NCBI GenBank assembly: GCA_043808175.1 | Contig: JAZDFE010000016.1 | Span: 5,438 to 69,437, forward strand | Source of the DNA: Candidatus Omnitrophota bacterium | Lineage (GTDB): Bacteria > Omnitrophota > Omnitrophia > Omnitrophales > Aquincolibacteriaceae | DNA: 64,000 nucleotides | Direction of reading: 5' to 3' | In this document: piece after piece, positions 1-9,500 of the stretch | Numbering within the stretch: position 1 is the stretch's first letter | Layout: every line of letters begins with the position of its first letter | Made by a program: the position numbers and the translations under genes | The notes under the pieces: generated by a model | Database searches by the model: none | What the model was told of the DNA's origin: nothing | What the model saw: the letters and a program-made list of their open reading frames with translations, nothing else

Positions 1-326
1 TCCGAAAGGCCGTCCGCCCAAAGTTCCTGGGAAGTCATAGCCCCCTGAACGCGTATCCGTTCCCGGGGATCTTCCACGTGTGGCGAGTGATAATAGCCGA
101 CCCGAATGCCATTGGCCTTCAGGATCGATTCCAGGAAAAAACCCGTGGAGCCTTTTCCCGTGGTCCCTGCGATCAAAACGGGAAAAAATTTCTTTTCCGG
201 ATGGCCGCTTATTTGAAGCAAATGTTCCATCCGCCTGAGATTGAAAAAGGGATTCTTGGGAAATTGCGCGAGCTTTTCGAGATCGGCGAAAGAATTTAAA
301 TAGCGAAGAGCTTGGGAGTAGTTCAT
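1..326 (-). CDS. folC: Folylpolyglutamate synthase / dihydrofolate synthase, N-terminal part (gene runs off the left edge)
   Basis: Absent from the ORF track because it is truncated. My reverse-strand translation from the ATG at 324-326 reads MNYSQALRYLNSFADLEKL...FFPVLIAGTTGKGSTGFFLESILKANGIRVGYYHSPH. This is the Mur-ligase P-loop typical of FolC, and the neighbours are folate genes. Confidence 0.75.
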   Translation of the reverse strand, partial: MNYSQALRYLNSFADLEKLAQFPKNPFFNLRRMEHLLQISGHPEKKFFPVLIAGTTGKGSTGFFLESILKANGIRVGYYHSPHVEDPRERIRVQGAMTSQELWADGLS

Positions 327-335
327 TGATAAGAA

Positions 336-400
336 GTGCCACGCGCCACGATACACGGGTCACGTAAAAGCGTGGGGCGTGGCCCTTGGACCGTGGCCCT
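336..400. repeat. F1 repeat: inverted arrays of CCACGNN / NNCGTGG heptamers
   Basis: gtgccacgcgccacgatacacgggtcacg...gcgtggggcgtggcccttggaccgtggcc. It fills the gap between the purH stop (402) and the folC start (326). Confidence 0.8.
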
Positions 401-401
401 A

Positions 402-1979
402 TTAATGTTTAAAATGCCGCTCGCCGGTAAAGGCCATCGCGATGCCGGCCTGATCGCAGGCTGCGATCACGTCCGCGTCGCGGATCGAGCCGCCGGGCTG
501 GATGATGGCCTTGATCTTATGTTTGGCCGCGACCTCGATAGAATCCGGCATCGGAAAAAAAGCGTCGCTGCCGAGCATCGCGCCTTCGGTCAGGTATCCG
601 GCCTTTTGCATCGCGATCTGCACCGAATCCACGCGCGACATCTGCCCGGCTCCGATCCCGACCGTGTGCTTGTCTTGCGTCAGCACGATGGCGTTCGACT
701 TCACGACCTTGGAGCACTGGAAGGCAAAGATCAGTTCCTCGGTCTCCTCCTCCGAAAGCTTGGCCTTCGTGACGAAATTCAGCTTCTTCTTCAACTCGGC
801 CATATGATCCTTGATGGGCCGGTTCTTTTCCTGGACAAGGATCCCCGTGCGCAGGAATTTTATGTCATAAGGATTTTCATCGCGGAATTGATGGACTTCG
901 ATCAACCGGAGATTTTTCCTGGCCTTAAGAAGCTTCAGCGCCCCGGCCTTGAAAGACGGGGCGACCAGCACTTCGAAAAATGCGAGTTTCTCGAGGACTT
1001 TTCCAGCGATCTTGCTATCGCAGCAGCGGTTCACGCCCACGATCCCGCCAAAGGCGGAAAGGACATCACCGTCGATCGCTTTTTCGACCGCGACCAGGGC
1101 CTGAGTGTCCTGGGCGATACCGCAAGGATTGTTGTGTTTGATCACGCACGCCGCCGGCGCGTTGAATTCCGCCAAAACGTCCAGCGTCGCATCCACATCC
1201 ATAAGATTATTAAAGGAAAGCTCCTTGCCGTGAAGCTGGGTCCACGAGGCCGCCGCCTTGTGGGTGGTCGGAACATAATAAGCCGCTTTCTGATGCGGGT
1301 TCTCTCCATAACGCAGGTCCTGCGACTTTTTGAAATGAAAGACGAATTGCGATGGAAGCGCGGGCTCTTCCCCGGTCTTTTTCTTGTGCTTGGCCATGTA
1401 TTGGCTGATCACGGCGTCATAGGCGGAAGTTTTTTCAAAAACTTTTTGAGAAAGCGCGAAGCGAGTTTCATCCGTCACGCTTCCTTTATGCTCATCAAGC
1501 TCTTTCGCAACGCGGTCATAATCCTGAACATCCGTGATCACGGTCACCGACTGATAATTTTTCGCCGCGGAGCGGAGCATCGAAGGGCCTCCGATATCGA
1601 TGAACTCTTTGGCGTCATCCATGCTCAGGTTCCCCTTGCTCGTGGCTTCCTCGAAAGGATAGAGGTTCACGACCACCAGGTCGATGGGCTTGATGCCATA
1701 CGCCTTCACCTGTTTTTGATGGCTTTTCTTGTGGCGGAGAAAAAGAAGACCGCCATGGATCTTCGGGTGGAGGGTCTTCACGCGGCCGTCGAGCATCTCG
1801 GGAAATCCCGTGTAATCTTCCACCGCTATTGTGGGGACTTTGGCCTGTTTAAGGGCTTTCAAGGTGCCGCCGGTGGAGAGGATCTCCACACCGTGCTTGC
1901 GCAGGGTTTTGGCAAAAGGGATAAGACCGGTTTTATCGGAGACGCTGATGAGTGCGCGACGAACGGCGTGGCGTGACAT
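402..1979 (-). CDS. purH: Bifunctional AICAR transformylase / IMP cyclohydrolase
   Basis: 525-aa ORF. The N-terminus RRALISVSDKTGLIPFAKTL and the C-terminal ...IIQPGGSIRDADVIAACDQAGIAMAFTGERHFKH are canonical PurH. Confidence 0.95.
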   Translation of the reverse strand: MSRHAVRRALISVSDKTGLIPFAKTLRKHGVEILSTGGTLKALKQAKVPTIAVEDYTGFPEMLDGRVKTLHPKIHGGLLFLRHKKSHQKQVKAYGIKPIDLVVVNLYPFEEATSKGNLSMDDAKEFIDIGGPSMLRSAAKNYQSVTVITDVQDYDRVAKELDEHKGSVTDETRFALSQKVFEKTSAYDAVISQYMAKHKKKTGEEPALPSQFVFHFKKSQDLRYGENPHQKAAYYVPTTHKAAASWTQLHGKELSFNNLMDVDATLDVLAEFNAPAACVIKHNNPCGIAQDTQALVAVEKAIDGDVLSAFGGIVGVNRCCDSKIAGKVLEKLAFFEVLVAPSFKAGALKLLKARKNLRLIEVHQFRDENPYDIKFLRTGILVQEKNRPIKDHMAELKKKLNFVTKAKLSEEETEELIFAFQCSKVVKSNAIVLTQDKHTVGIGAGQMSRVDSVQIAMQKAGYLTEGAMLGSDAFFPMPDSIEVAAKHKIKAIIQPGGSIRDADVIAACDQAGIAMAFTGERHFKH

Positions 1980-2823
1980 CTTGTTGGATCCTCCTCTTAA
2001 AGAAATGATGCAGTCTTAAAGTGACGGGGCCGGGCTTTCCCGCGCCGATCATGCGGCCGTCGAGTTCGCGGACCGGCAGGACCTCCCAGGAAGTATTGCA
2101 AAGAAAAGCTTCATCCGCGTTAAAAAATTCATGCCGGGTTAGCGGCGCTTCCCGGACTTGCATCCCGAGTTCGCGGGCGCATTTTATCACAAACCTCCGG
2201 GTCACTCCATTCAAGATTAAATATTCCGGCGGCGTAAGTAGTATCGCGCCGCCCTTTTTCAAGTCCCCGGGGTGCTGAGAGCGGTATTGGACGATGAAAA
2301 AGTTTCCGATGCGTGTTTCCGAGAGAATGCCCCCTTGATCCAGAAAGATCCATTCGTAGATCTTGTCCGGGTGCGGTTCGGTGCTGGCCAATATGGCCTG
2401 TTGATAGGCCGAGGCTTTGGCTTGCCAGGGAAAAGTATTGGGTCCGCCACGGGGGAAAGAGGCCGTTTTAAGGGCCACGCCCTTTTCATAGAGCTCTTTC
2501 GGGTGTTCCCGAGAACCCAGGATCGCGAAGGAACGGCCCTCCCAGAGGGTCAGCCGGACATAACATTCTTTTTTATTAAAAGCTTTGAGCGCCGCCCTCA
2601 GTTCCAGCCGGAGTTTCGCCGCTTCGGGAAAAGGTCTGTAACCCACGGTCTTCGAAGATTCCAAAAGACGGGAAAGATGCTCTGTCTCGTGAAGGATCCG
2701 TCCGCCGTAAGCGCGCATGCTTTCAAAAATGCCGACGGCTTCCGTTCGCATGAGATCGAAAGAAAGCTCTCCGTTCATTTCTTTTCCGTTTTGATAGACC
2801 GTGTAATTCATTTCCTGCTCCAT
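1933..2823 (-). CDS. pabC: Fold-type IV aminotransferase, probably aminodeoxychorismate lyase
   Basis: ORF 1933..2844. I start it at the ATG at 2823 (MEQEMNYTVYQNG) because the first 7 codons lie inside an F1 repeat. It has a class IV aminotransferase-like body (LNGVTRRFVIKCARELG) and lies directly downstream of pabB. Confidence 0.7.
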   Translation of the reverse strand: MEQEMNYTVYQNGKEMNGELSFDLMRTEAVGIFESMRAYGGRILHETEHLSRLLESSKTVGYRPFPEAAKLRLELRAALKAFNKKECYVRLTLWEGRSFAILGSREHPKELYEKGVALKTASFPRGGPNTFPWQAKASAYQQAILASTEPHPDKIYEWIFLDQGGILSETRIGNFFIVQYRSQHPGDLKKGGAILLTPPEYLILNGVTRRFVIKCARELGMQVREAPLTRHEFFNADEAFLCNTSWEVLPVRELDGRMIGAGKPGPVTLRLHHFFKRRIQQDVTPRRSSRTHQRLR

Positions 2824-2865
2824 GCACCACGAGCCACGCACCACGTGGCCCGTGGATCGTGGTTC
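2824..2865. repeat. F1 heptamer repeat
   Basis: gcaccacgagccacgcaccacgtggcccgtggatcgtgg, between the pabB stop (2882) and the pabC start. Confidence 0.75.
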
Positions 2866-2881
2866 GAAATGTTTTTTGATA

Positions 2882-4261
2882 TTATGCCGTTGCTTCCACC
2901 AACGCTTGCATCAGCGCCTCGGCCTTATGCAATGTTTCCTCATATTCTTTCTCAGGATCCGAATCATAGACGATCCCCGCGCCCACCTGAAGATGGCCCT
3001 TTCCGCGCCTCAAAAGGATCGTTCGGATCACGATGTTCAGGTCTATATCCCCGTAAAGATCTATATAACCCAGGGAACCGGTATAAACACCGCGCCGCAC
3101 GGGCTCAAGCTCGTCGATGATCTCCATGCAGCGGATCTTGGGACACCCCGTGATCGTCCCGCCGGGGAACATGGCCTTGATCAGGTCCAACGCGTCTTTG
3201 TCTTTTTTAAGCTTTCCCGTGATCCTGGAAACGATGTGCACCACATGGGAATATTTCTCAAGCGTCATGAATGCTTCAACCTTCACGGAACGGTAACCGC
3301 AAACGCGGCCGAGATCGTTCCGCTCAAGGTCCACGAGCATCAGGTGTTCGGCCTTTTCTTTTTCATTTTGAAGAAGGTTCTTCCGCCACTCGGCAAGCCG
3401 CTTTGAGGTGCCGTGGACCGGACATGTCCCCGCGATCGGTCGGGTCTCGCACATACGGCCTTTTTTGCGGATCAAACGCTCCGGCGACGAGCTGACGATC
3501 TCAAGGTCTCTTGTTTTTAAAAAACAGGAAAAGGGTGACGGGTTGATCGCGCGAAGTTTGCCGTACAATTTGAGCGAGGATCCCCGGTATCCGAAAGAAA
3601 AACGCTGTGACAGATTCGCCTGATAAATATCCCCGGCCGCAATGTACTCCTTGGCTTTTTCGACCATCCTTTTGAACTGCGCTTTCGTCATTTCCGCCGC
3701 AAGTTTCTCTGGCTTGAAATATCGCGAGGTCTTCGCCGGGGTTTTTTCGAAATAATTTTTTATTTTTTCACGTAGCGCGTGGTGCGTGGCGCGTGGCGCG
3801 GAATTTATCGCAACATGATAAACGCGCTTTGGGTGGTCATACACGATCACGTTCCGGAAAAGCCCCAGATAAAGTCGCGGTAGAGCGGAAGAGGATTTGG
3901 CCCTGAATTTTATTTTGTCGCAAAGGTCCGCGGTTTCATATCCAAAATAACCGACGAACCCTCCGGTAAAGAACGGAGCGGGGCTCCGGCCGCGGACCCG
4001 ATATTGGGTGAGGATCTTTTTAAGCGTGGGGAAAAGTTCGCCGGCAGGATATTTTCCGCTCCGTTCGCCTTCCACGCGAAGGACCTTTTCATCCAACCGG
4101 ATCTCAAGGTCAGGGTCCATTCCGATATAGGAATATCGTTGCTCGGGCGAAACATGATGGGGAGAATCCAAAAAGAAGCAAGCTTGGGAATGGGTGTGGA
4201 CCGCTTGAAAAATTTCCCAAGGACTTTTGGAAGAGCGGAAGGTTTCGATCACAAGGGACAT
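2882..4261 (-). CDS. pabB: Aminodeoxychorismate synthase component I (chorismate-binding enzyme)
   Basis: 459 aa with the chorismate-binding family C-terminal block FPGGTITGCPKIRCMEIIDELEPVRRGVYTGSLGYI. Adjacency to a class IV aminotransferase favours PabB over TrpE. Confidence 0.8.
   Translation of the reverse strand: MSLVIETFRSSKSPWEIFQAVHTHSQACFFLDSPHHVSPEQRYSYIGMDPDLEIRLDEKVLRVEGERSGKYPAGELFPTLKKILTQYRVRGRSPAPFFTGGFVGYFGYETADLCDKIKFRAKSSSALPRLYLGLFRNVIVYDHPKRVYHVAINSAPRATHHALREKIKNYFEKTPAKTSRYFKPEKLAAEMTKAQFKRMVEKAKEYIAAGDIYQANLSQRFSFGYRGSSLKLYGKLRAINPSPFSCFLKTRDLEIVSSSPERLIRKKGRMCETRPIAGTCPVHGTSKRLAEWRKNLLQNEKEKAEHLMLVDLERNDLGRVCGYRSVKVEAFMTLEKYSHVVHIVSRITGKLKKDKDALDLIKAMFPGGTITGCPKIRCMEIIDELEPVRRGVYTGSLGYIDLYGDIDLNIVIRTILLRRGKGHLQVGAGIVYDSDPEKEYEETLHKAEALMQALVEATA
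3769..3801. repeat. F1 heptamer tract embedded in-frame in pabB
   Basis: cacgtagcgcgtggtgcgtggcgcgtggcgcgg has CGTGG at an exact 7-nt spacing, three times. It encodes ...SAPRATHHALRE... in a linker of PabB. Confidence 0.7.
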
Positions 4262-4303
4262 AAGGCACCTAAAAAACGGCCGGGGACTTCGCGAAGTTTG
4301 AGA

Positions 4304-5656
4304 TTATTCTTGATGCGAATAAAAAACAAGCCCGGTAGCGAGCTTGGGATAAAAATAGGTGGATTTCTGAGGCATGCGCTCGTTGACGGCACCCATCTTC
4401 TCGAGCATTTCGACCTTCGGAGGCTGCAAAAGAAAAACCGCCTGCGCCTCGCCCTTCTGGAGCGGCGCTACGGCCCCATCGACCGTATGTTCGAACCTTA
4501 AAACCGCCTCCCAACGATCTTCCTTAAGCTCGAGCAATTCGGAAAAGATCAGATGCGCCAGGACATTCACGTTCAGGTCATACCAAACGTTGGGTTTTCC
4601 CTGGACCATTCGCTTTTTTGCCTGTTCTTTGTCGATCATGGTCAGGAGAAAGCACCCTTCTTCCAGAACCATTCCGAAGACCTTTCCTTCCTGGTCATAG
4701 GAAAGCGTCATCTCTTTCAATTTGGCAAGCGAGACTTCTTCCACTTTAAAATATTCCCCGAGCCGGCGAATGGCTTCGCCGCCGGTCATGCCAAGCTTGG
4801 TCACGATCCGGTGTGTGGGCAGGACGATAAATCCGGGATCATCGAAACTGACGAGCGCCATGTACATATAATCGAACGGAAAAAGCACAAGGTCCGAAGA
4901 GCGATGTTCTTCCCTTTGCTGCCGGGCATATTCCAGCGCGGTCTCATAGCGGTGATGTCCGTCCGCGATATAAACCTTTTTGGACGTCAAATTCTTATGG
5001 AGCTTGTTCAGGATGTCCATATCCTCGAGCGCCCAAAGCGTGTGCACGATCTTGTCGTCATCCTCGGCCTCAAAGATGGGGTTGGAGTTCATGGGATCTT
5101 GAATAATGCTCCGGATCTCGAACCCTTTATCCTTATAAAGGCCGAACACGGGAGAGAAATTGGTCTGCACCGTCCGGAGAAGGCGCATGCGATCCTCTTT
5201 GGGGCCATGGAGTGTCTTCTCATGGGGAACGATAATGCCTTTTTCGAACGGCTCAAGCCTGACGCGACCCAGGAGTGCGAACCGGGTTTTTACCGATTGC
5301 GCTATGGGATCTTTAAAAGTCTGCCGGTACACATAAAAGCAGGGCTCTTGCTCCTGGATGAGAACGCCTTTTCTCTGCCATTCTTGGAATGTATCGCGAG
5401 CTCGAGTGTAGGCATTATCCTGGTCCGTATCCTCGGGATTTTTTTTATTCAGAATAAGACGGATGCTATTGAACGGTGAATTTTCATAAAGCTTTTTCTG
5501 TTTCTCGGGAGAGATCACATCATAAGGCGGTGCGAGAACTTCAGCCATTTTGACACGCCCAGCATCATAGCGCCAGGCCTTAAACGGCTGAAAGTCGAGG
5601 TGCTTTGTTGAAAGACGGGAACCGCGTGTGTCTATCATGGTGGCGAATGGTAACAT
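4304..5656 (-). CDS. DUF1015-family protein
   Basis: Contains YIADGHHRYETALEY and the overall DUF1015 pattern. I trimmed the start to the ATG at 5656 (alternative at 5638) because the ORF-track N-terminus is encoded by an F2 repeat. Confidence 0.75.
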   Translation of the reverse strand: MLPFATMIDTRGSRLSTKHLDFQPFKAWRYDAGRVKMAEVLAPPYDVISPEKQKKLYENSPFNSIRLILNKKNPEDTDQDNAYTRARDTFQEWQRKGVLIQEQEPCFYVYRQTFKDPIAQSVKTRFALLGRVRLEPFEKGIIVPHEKTLHGPKEDRMRLLRTVQTNFSPVFGLYKDKGFEIRSIIQDPMNSNPIFEAEDDDKIVHTLWALEDMDILNKLHKNLTSKKVYIADGHHRYETALEYARQQREEHRSSDLVLFPFDYMYMALVSFDDPGFIVLPTHRIVTKLGMTGGEAIRRLGEYFKVEEVSLAKLKEMTLSYDQEGKVFGMVLEEGCFLLTMIDKEQAKKRMVQGKPNVWYDLNVNVLAHLIFSELLELKEDRWEAVLRFEHTVDGAVAPLQKGEAQAVFLLQPPKVEMLEKMGAVNERMPQKSTYFYPKLATGLVFYSHQE

Positions 5657-5712
5657 AAGGCACGTCCTTTGACAATAAGCGGAATAAAAAAGGGACTCGC
5701 ACCTCGTTCCTC

Positions 5713-5793
5713 GGCACTGGCTCTCATTAAAATATTTTATTGAAAGCGAGTGCCGCACTAAACTTCCTATAGATTTTATGAGTCGTTCAGTGC
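5713..5793 (-). repeat. F2 repeat: two-hairpin ~80-nt element
   Basis: HP2 is ggcactggctctc...gaaagcgagtgcc. HP1 is gcactaaac...gttcagtgc. The same element occurs at 21073, 25039 and 53079. Confidence 0.8.
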
Positions 5794-5851
5794 GGGACTC
5801 GCTGTTTTTAAAACCAAAAACGAGCCCCTGATCCCGAGTCCCAGCTTTAAT

Positions 5852-6172
5852 TTATTTTACTTTCGCTCCGTCGGAAATGGGGCGTTCGGGAACAACGAGG
5901 GTGAGAGTCGTGGCATCGGAGGCGGCCAAGAGCATTCCTTGGGATTCCACGCCCCGGATGACGGCCGGTTCCAAATTGTCAATAATAACGATCTTCTTCC
6001 CCTTCAACTGCTCTTCGGTATAGTGGGCCCGGATCCCGGCCACGATCTGCTTGCGCGCCTCGCCCACCTTGATACCAAGGACATAAAGTCGGTCCGCGTT
6101 CGGATGTGGGGTCACGCTTTCGATCTCAGCCACCTTGATATCTAATTTCTGAAAATCCTCATAAGAAGCCAT
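5852..6172 (-). CDS. tRNA-binding OB-fold protein (CsaA / Trbp111-like)
   Basis: MASYEDFQKLDIKVAEIESVTPHPNADRLYVLGIKVGE..QIVAGIRAHY..KKIVIIDNLEP..IRGVESQGMLLAA. Start set at the ATG at 6172. Confidence 0.8.
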   Translation of the reverse strand: MASYEDFQKLDIKVAEIESVTPHPNADRLYVLGIKVGEARKQIVAGIRAHYTEEQLKGKKIVIIDNLEPAVIRGVESQGMLLAASDATTLTLVVPERPISDGAKVK

Positions 6173-6419
6173 GCACCCACTCCTTTGTTGAAAATAGAAC
6201 AGTTTGTAACGTATGAACGGACTGCATTTTAGCATAAAGATAAAATAGGAAAAGCGCAAACAAAGTTTAGGGTTATCGGACGTACGTGGCGTAACCTTCG
6301 TTGCCAATAATGCTTAGAAACGTCTTGTTTCGCTTGATTTTCAGGGACTTGCTGATATTATATCTCGCCATCGGCTTAAAAATCCCATCGTCTTCATATA
6401 AATCAAACGGGAGGAATCA

Positions 6420-7535
6420 ATGGGGAAGATCAATATTGCTATCGTGGGTGTTGGAAATTGCGCGGCGTCCCTTGTGCAAGGGATCGAACATTACCGCGCT
6501 ATAGCCAACCAAAAACCTGGGAAGAATAAGCCTGTCGAACATCTCGGTCTTATGAACTATGACATGGGCGGCTACCTCCCCCATGACATCGAGGTGGTGG
6601 CAGCTTTTGATATTGACAAGCGTAAAGTGGGTGAACGGCTGGACGTAGCGCTTGCCGCGAAACCTAACTGTGTCTGGTCCATCGGCCCGATCTCCAAAAG
6701 CAAGATCAAGGTCGAAATGGGACCTATTTTGGACGGATTTTCTGAACACATGGCCGGCTACAAGGAAGACCGCACCTTCCTCCCCTCCGATAAGAAACCC
6801 TGTAATGTGGAAAAAGTCCTTAAGGAAAGCGGCGCGGAAATCCTTCTCAACTACCTTCCCGTCGGTTCTCAAAAGGCCACCGAATTTTATGCCGAGGTGT
6901 GCTTAAAAACAGGTGTGAGCTTTATTAACTGCATGCCCGTTTTCATCGTTTCTAACCCGGCTTGGGCGAAACGTTTCGAAGCCAAGCGTATCCCTTGTGT
7001 CGGTGATGATATCAAGGCCCAGATCGGCGCTACGGTCACGCACCGTACGCTCGCGAAGCTTTTTGTGGACCGCGGGGTCAAGATCGACCGCACGTACCAA
7101 CTGAATACCGGCGGCAACACCGACTTCCTCAACATGCTCAATCGCTCACGTCTGGAATCGAAGAAAGTCTCCAAGACCTCGTCGGTCCAGAGTCAGCTTG
7201 ATGTGCCGCTCGACGAGGACAATATCCACATCGGTCCTTCGGATTATGTTCCCTGGCAGAACGACAATAAGATCTGCTATCTGCGCATTGAGGGCCGGGG
7301 TTTTGGCGGCTTTCCCGTCACGGCCGAGATGCGTCTTTCCGTCGAGGATTCGCCCAACAGCGCGGGCTGTTCGATCGACGCGATACGGGCTTGCAGGATC
7401 GCCCGGGACCGCAAGATCGGCGGACCGCTTATCTCTATGTCGGCTTACACCATGAAGCATCCGCCCAAACAGATCGTGGATTATGAAGCCAAGGAACTGG
7501 TCCGTAAATTCATTCAAGGCACCTGCCCCCGATAA
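6420..7535 (+). CDS. myo-Inositol-3-phosphate synthase
   Basis: 371 aa. Has the N-terminal Rossmann motif KINIAIVGVGNCAASLVQGIEHY and the short bacterial/archaeal-type INO1 architecture. Confidence 0.85.
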   Translation: MGKINIAIVGVGNCAASLVQGIEHYRAIANQKPGKNKPVEHLGLMNYDMGGYLPHDIEVVAAFDIDKRKVGERLDVALAAKPNCVWSIGPISKSKIKVEMGPILDGFSEHMAGYKEDRTFLPSDKKPCNVEKVLKESGAEILLNYLPVGSQKATEFYAEVCLKTGVSFINCMPVFIVSNPAWAKRFEAKRIPCVGDDIKAQIGATVTHRTLAKLFVDRGVKIDRTYQLNTGGNTDFLNMLNRSRLESKKVSKTSSVQSQLDVPLDEDNIHIGPSDYVPWQNDNKICYLRIEGRGFGGFPVTAEMRLSVEDSPNSAGCSIDAIRACRIARDRKIGGPLISMSAYTMKHPPKQIVDYEAKELVRKFIQGTCPR

Positions 7536-7541
7536 ACGTCC

Positions 7542-8138
7542 ATGTCCCTGCGTAAGACTCTCTATCCAAAAGTAGAACCGATCGTCACAAGGATCGTTTC
7601 TTTTTTAACCTCCCAGGGCATTTCTCCGGTCCAGCTGACGCTCGCGGGAGCGGTGCTCAGTCTCCTGACCGGCGTCATCTACGCGAAGGGCTATCTTTTC
7701 CTCGGGGGGATCCTGCTTTTCGTGGCCGGAGCCGCCGATCTACTCGACGGTCCTTTGGCGCGCTCCACGGGAAAATCGAGCCCCTTCGGCGCGTTCCTGG
7801 ATTCGACCGTAGACCGTTATTCTGATTTTTTTGTGTTTGCGGGCCTCGCGATCCATTTTGTGCACAACGGTGAGATCTTCTGGTTCTTCGTCATGCTTGG
7901 CATTATCCTCGGCGCTTTCGCGGTCAGTTATACCAAAGCGCGGGCCGAAAATTTCATCAAGGATTGCGGCGTCGGCTTCTTCGGAAGATCGGAGAGGATC
8001 CTCCTCTTGATCGCGGGGACCCTCGTGACGCCGCTTCTGAAACTTGCGCTGTTGGTCCTGCTCGTCGGCACGCACGCGACCGCCATTCAACGCATCCTCC
8101 ACACAAAAAAGACCCTCGCCGAAACCCCGCGGGATTAA
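7542..8138 (+). CDS. CDP-alcohol phosphatidyltransferase (candidate phosphatidylinositol-phosphate synthase)
   Basis: Signature D-x2-DG-x2-AR...G-x3-D-x3-D in AADLLDGPLARSTGKSSPFGAFLDSTVDRYSD, with a multi-TM body. It starts 7 nt after the inositol-phosphate synthase gene. Confidence 0.8.
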   Translation: MSLRKTLYPKVEPIVTRIVSFLTSQGISPVQLTLAGAVLSLLTGVIYAKGYLFLGGILLFVAGAADLLDGPLARSTGKSSPFGAFLDSTVDRYSDFFVFAGLAIHFVHNGEIFWFFVMLGIILGAFAVSYTKARAENFIKDCGVGFFGRSERILLLIAGTLVTPLLKLALLVLLVGTHATAIQRILHTKKTLAETPRD

Positions 8139-8215
8139 ATGGACCGTCCAGGTCTTTCTTTTTTTTCCATGAAGGGCGACCTGGACGGCACTGATTACCT
8201 TTGGTTTTGAAATTT

Positions 8216-9403
8216 ATGAGAATCAAGTACCGCTCTGCTTCAATTGATAGGTGTTGGGATCGCGTGCTGCGTTCCTTTTTTGGGGCTTTCTTTTTCGTCT
8301 CTCTTCTAAGTTGCGCCTCTGTTTCTTTAGCGGAAGCGCCGCCGAATACGGAGCTGGAGGGCATTCTCCGGAAGATCGAATCGCGCCATTACCGCTGGAT
8401 CGCGATCCGCGCGGATGTGTTTCTCTTTTTTGCAAAGGGCGGGGACCCGAACGCCATGTGCGGCGGCGAACTTTTGTATCAACGCCTCGACGAGCGCATG
8501 TTCCTCACCTGCGTGGACGCCCGGCAAGAATTGATATTCATTTTCCGCACGTTCGACCGCCGCTTTGATCTTTACCTCCCCGCTCAAAACACGGTCTATC
8601 ACGGATCCATTTTTGATCTGGAGGATTCTCCGGACATTGAAAGTCATCTCAAGGCCCGCGATCTTTACCGGGCGCTCAAACCGATGGCCGTAGACCCTCG
8701 CCGCGCCAAGATCGAGCGGACCAACTTCGCCATCACAAGCCTCGATGTTTATGGGCGGAATGAGAAAGAAGGAGCGCTCGTGAGAAAGCTCTATCTGACG
8801 CCTGAGAGTGATGTTCGCGGCGAGCTTTTTTATAATGCTGAGGGACGGCCGGTGACAGAGATCCAGCGCTATGATTTTCGCGAGATCCAGGGTCATGCCG
8901 GCTCCTACGATTCGGTCATTTTCCCAAAAAAGATCACGATCCTGTCCCCCGAAACAAAAAAAGGCAGCGCGATCTTCTTCACGCAGGTCACGGCTCTGGA
9001 TACGGTCGATCCGCTGGAATTTATTCTGAGGGTCCCGCCCGGAACCAAAGAAGTTTTCTTGGATGAAAGAGATCCCCGCTACCAACGTTCAAAAACTACG
9101 GCGGCAGCCCCGGGCCCTGCGCCCGTTTCTTCCGCGAAAACAGTACCCGTTTATTTGGCCAAACCCCGCGAGATACCCAAGACAAAAATAACACCGCCGC
9201 CGGCACAGAAAGAGAAGAAAACGCCCGAAGCCCCGAAACCTGCGGCTGCACCCACCTTGCCGGTTTCTGTAAATGTACCTGAAAACACAGATGCCGATAT
9301 GGCTCCGGAGGGTCCATCCCCGGCCGAGTCGTCTTCCGCATCAGACGCCCAAACCACCCTTGACCCTTCCGTAGGTCCTTCGCTGGAGATGGGAAAATCG
9401 TAA
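8216..9403 (+). CDS. Secreted hypothetical protein with Pro/Ala-rich C-terminal tail
   Basis: Has a signal-like segment FFGAFFFVSLLSCASVSLAEA and a low-complexity C-terminus (PAPVSSAKTVP...PPPAQKEKKTPEAPKPAAAP). No family recognised. Confidence 0.5.
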   Translation: MRIKYRSASIDRCWDRVLRSFFGAFFFVSLLSCASVSLAEAPPNTELEGILRKIESRHYRWIAIRADVFLFFAKGGDPNAMCGGELLYQRLDERMFLTCVDARQELIFIFRTFDRRFDLYLPAQNTVYHGSIFDLEDSPDIESHLKARDLYRALKPMAVDPRRAKIERTNFAITSLDVYGRNEKEGALVRKLYLTPESDVRGELFYNAEGRPVTEIQRYDFREIQGHAGSYDSVIFPKKITILSPETKKGSAIFFTQVTALDTVDPLEFILRVPPGTKEVFLDERDPRYQRSKTTAAAPGPAPVSSAKTVPVYLAKPREIPKTKITPPPAQKEKKTPEAPKPAAAPTLPVSVNVPENTDADMAPEGPSPAESSSASDAQTTLDPSVGPSLEMGKS

Positions 9404-9500
9404 GGTTTACACGGCTTTTACAACTTAAAGAGTGGGAAGTGCTGATTTTGATCCGATCAAAACCGGGCGGGGTGGAAAAAAGATCGGGCTTGTGAAGCGG

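Noticed and set aside
336-1976. 546-aa plus-strand ORF
   Set aside because: It is exactly antisense to purH, which has unmistakable family motifs. Its sequence is Arg/Gly/His-rich and low-complexity, typical of shadow ORFs in GC-rich DNA.
4304-5758. N-terminal extension of the DUF1015 ORF (MRHSLSIKYFNESQCR...), also seen in ORF 25105..25344's neighbourhood
   Set aside because: The peptide is encoded by the F2 repeat. The same peptide appears wherever the repeat is read in that frame, so it is not a conserved protein domain. The start was moved to 5656.
8144-8188. 11-bp perfect stem (ccgtccaggtc..gacctggacgg) after the CDP-alcohol transferase gene as a terminator
   Set aside because: The loop is 23 nt and no T-run follows on the plus strand. 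I did not call it as a feature, though it may still be a structural element.
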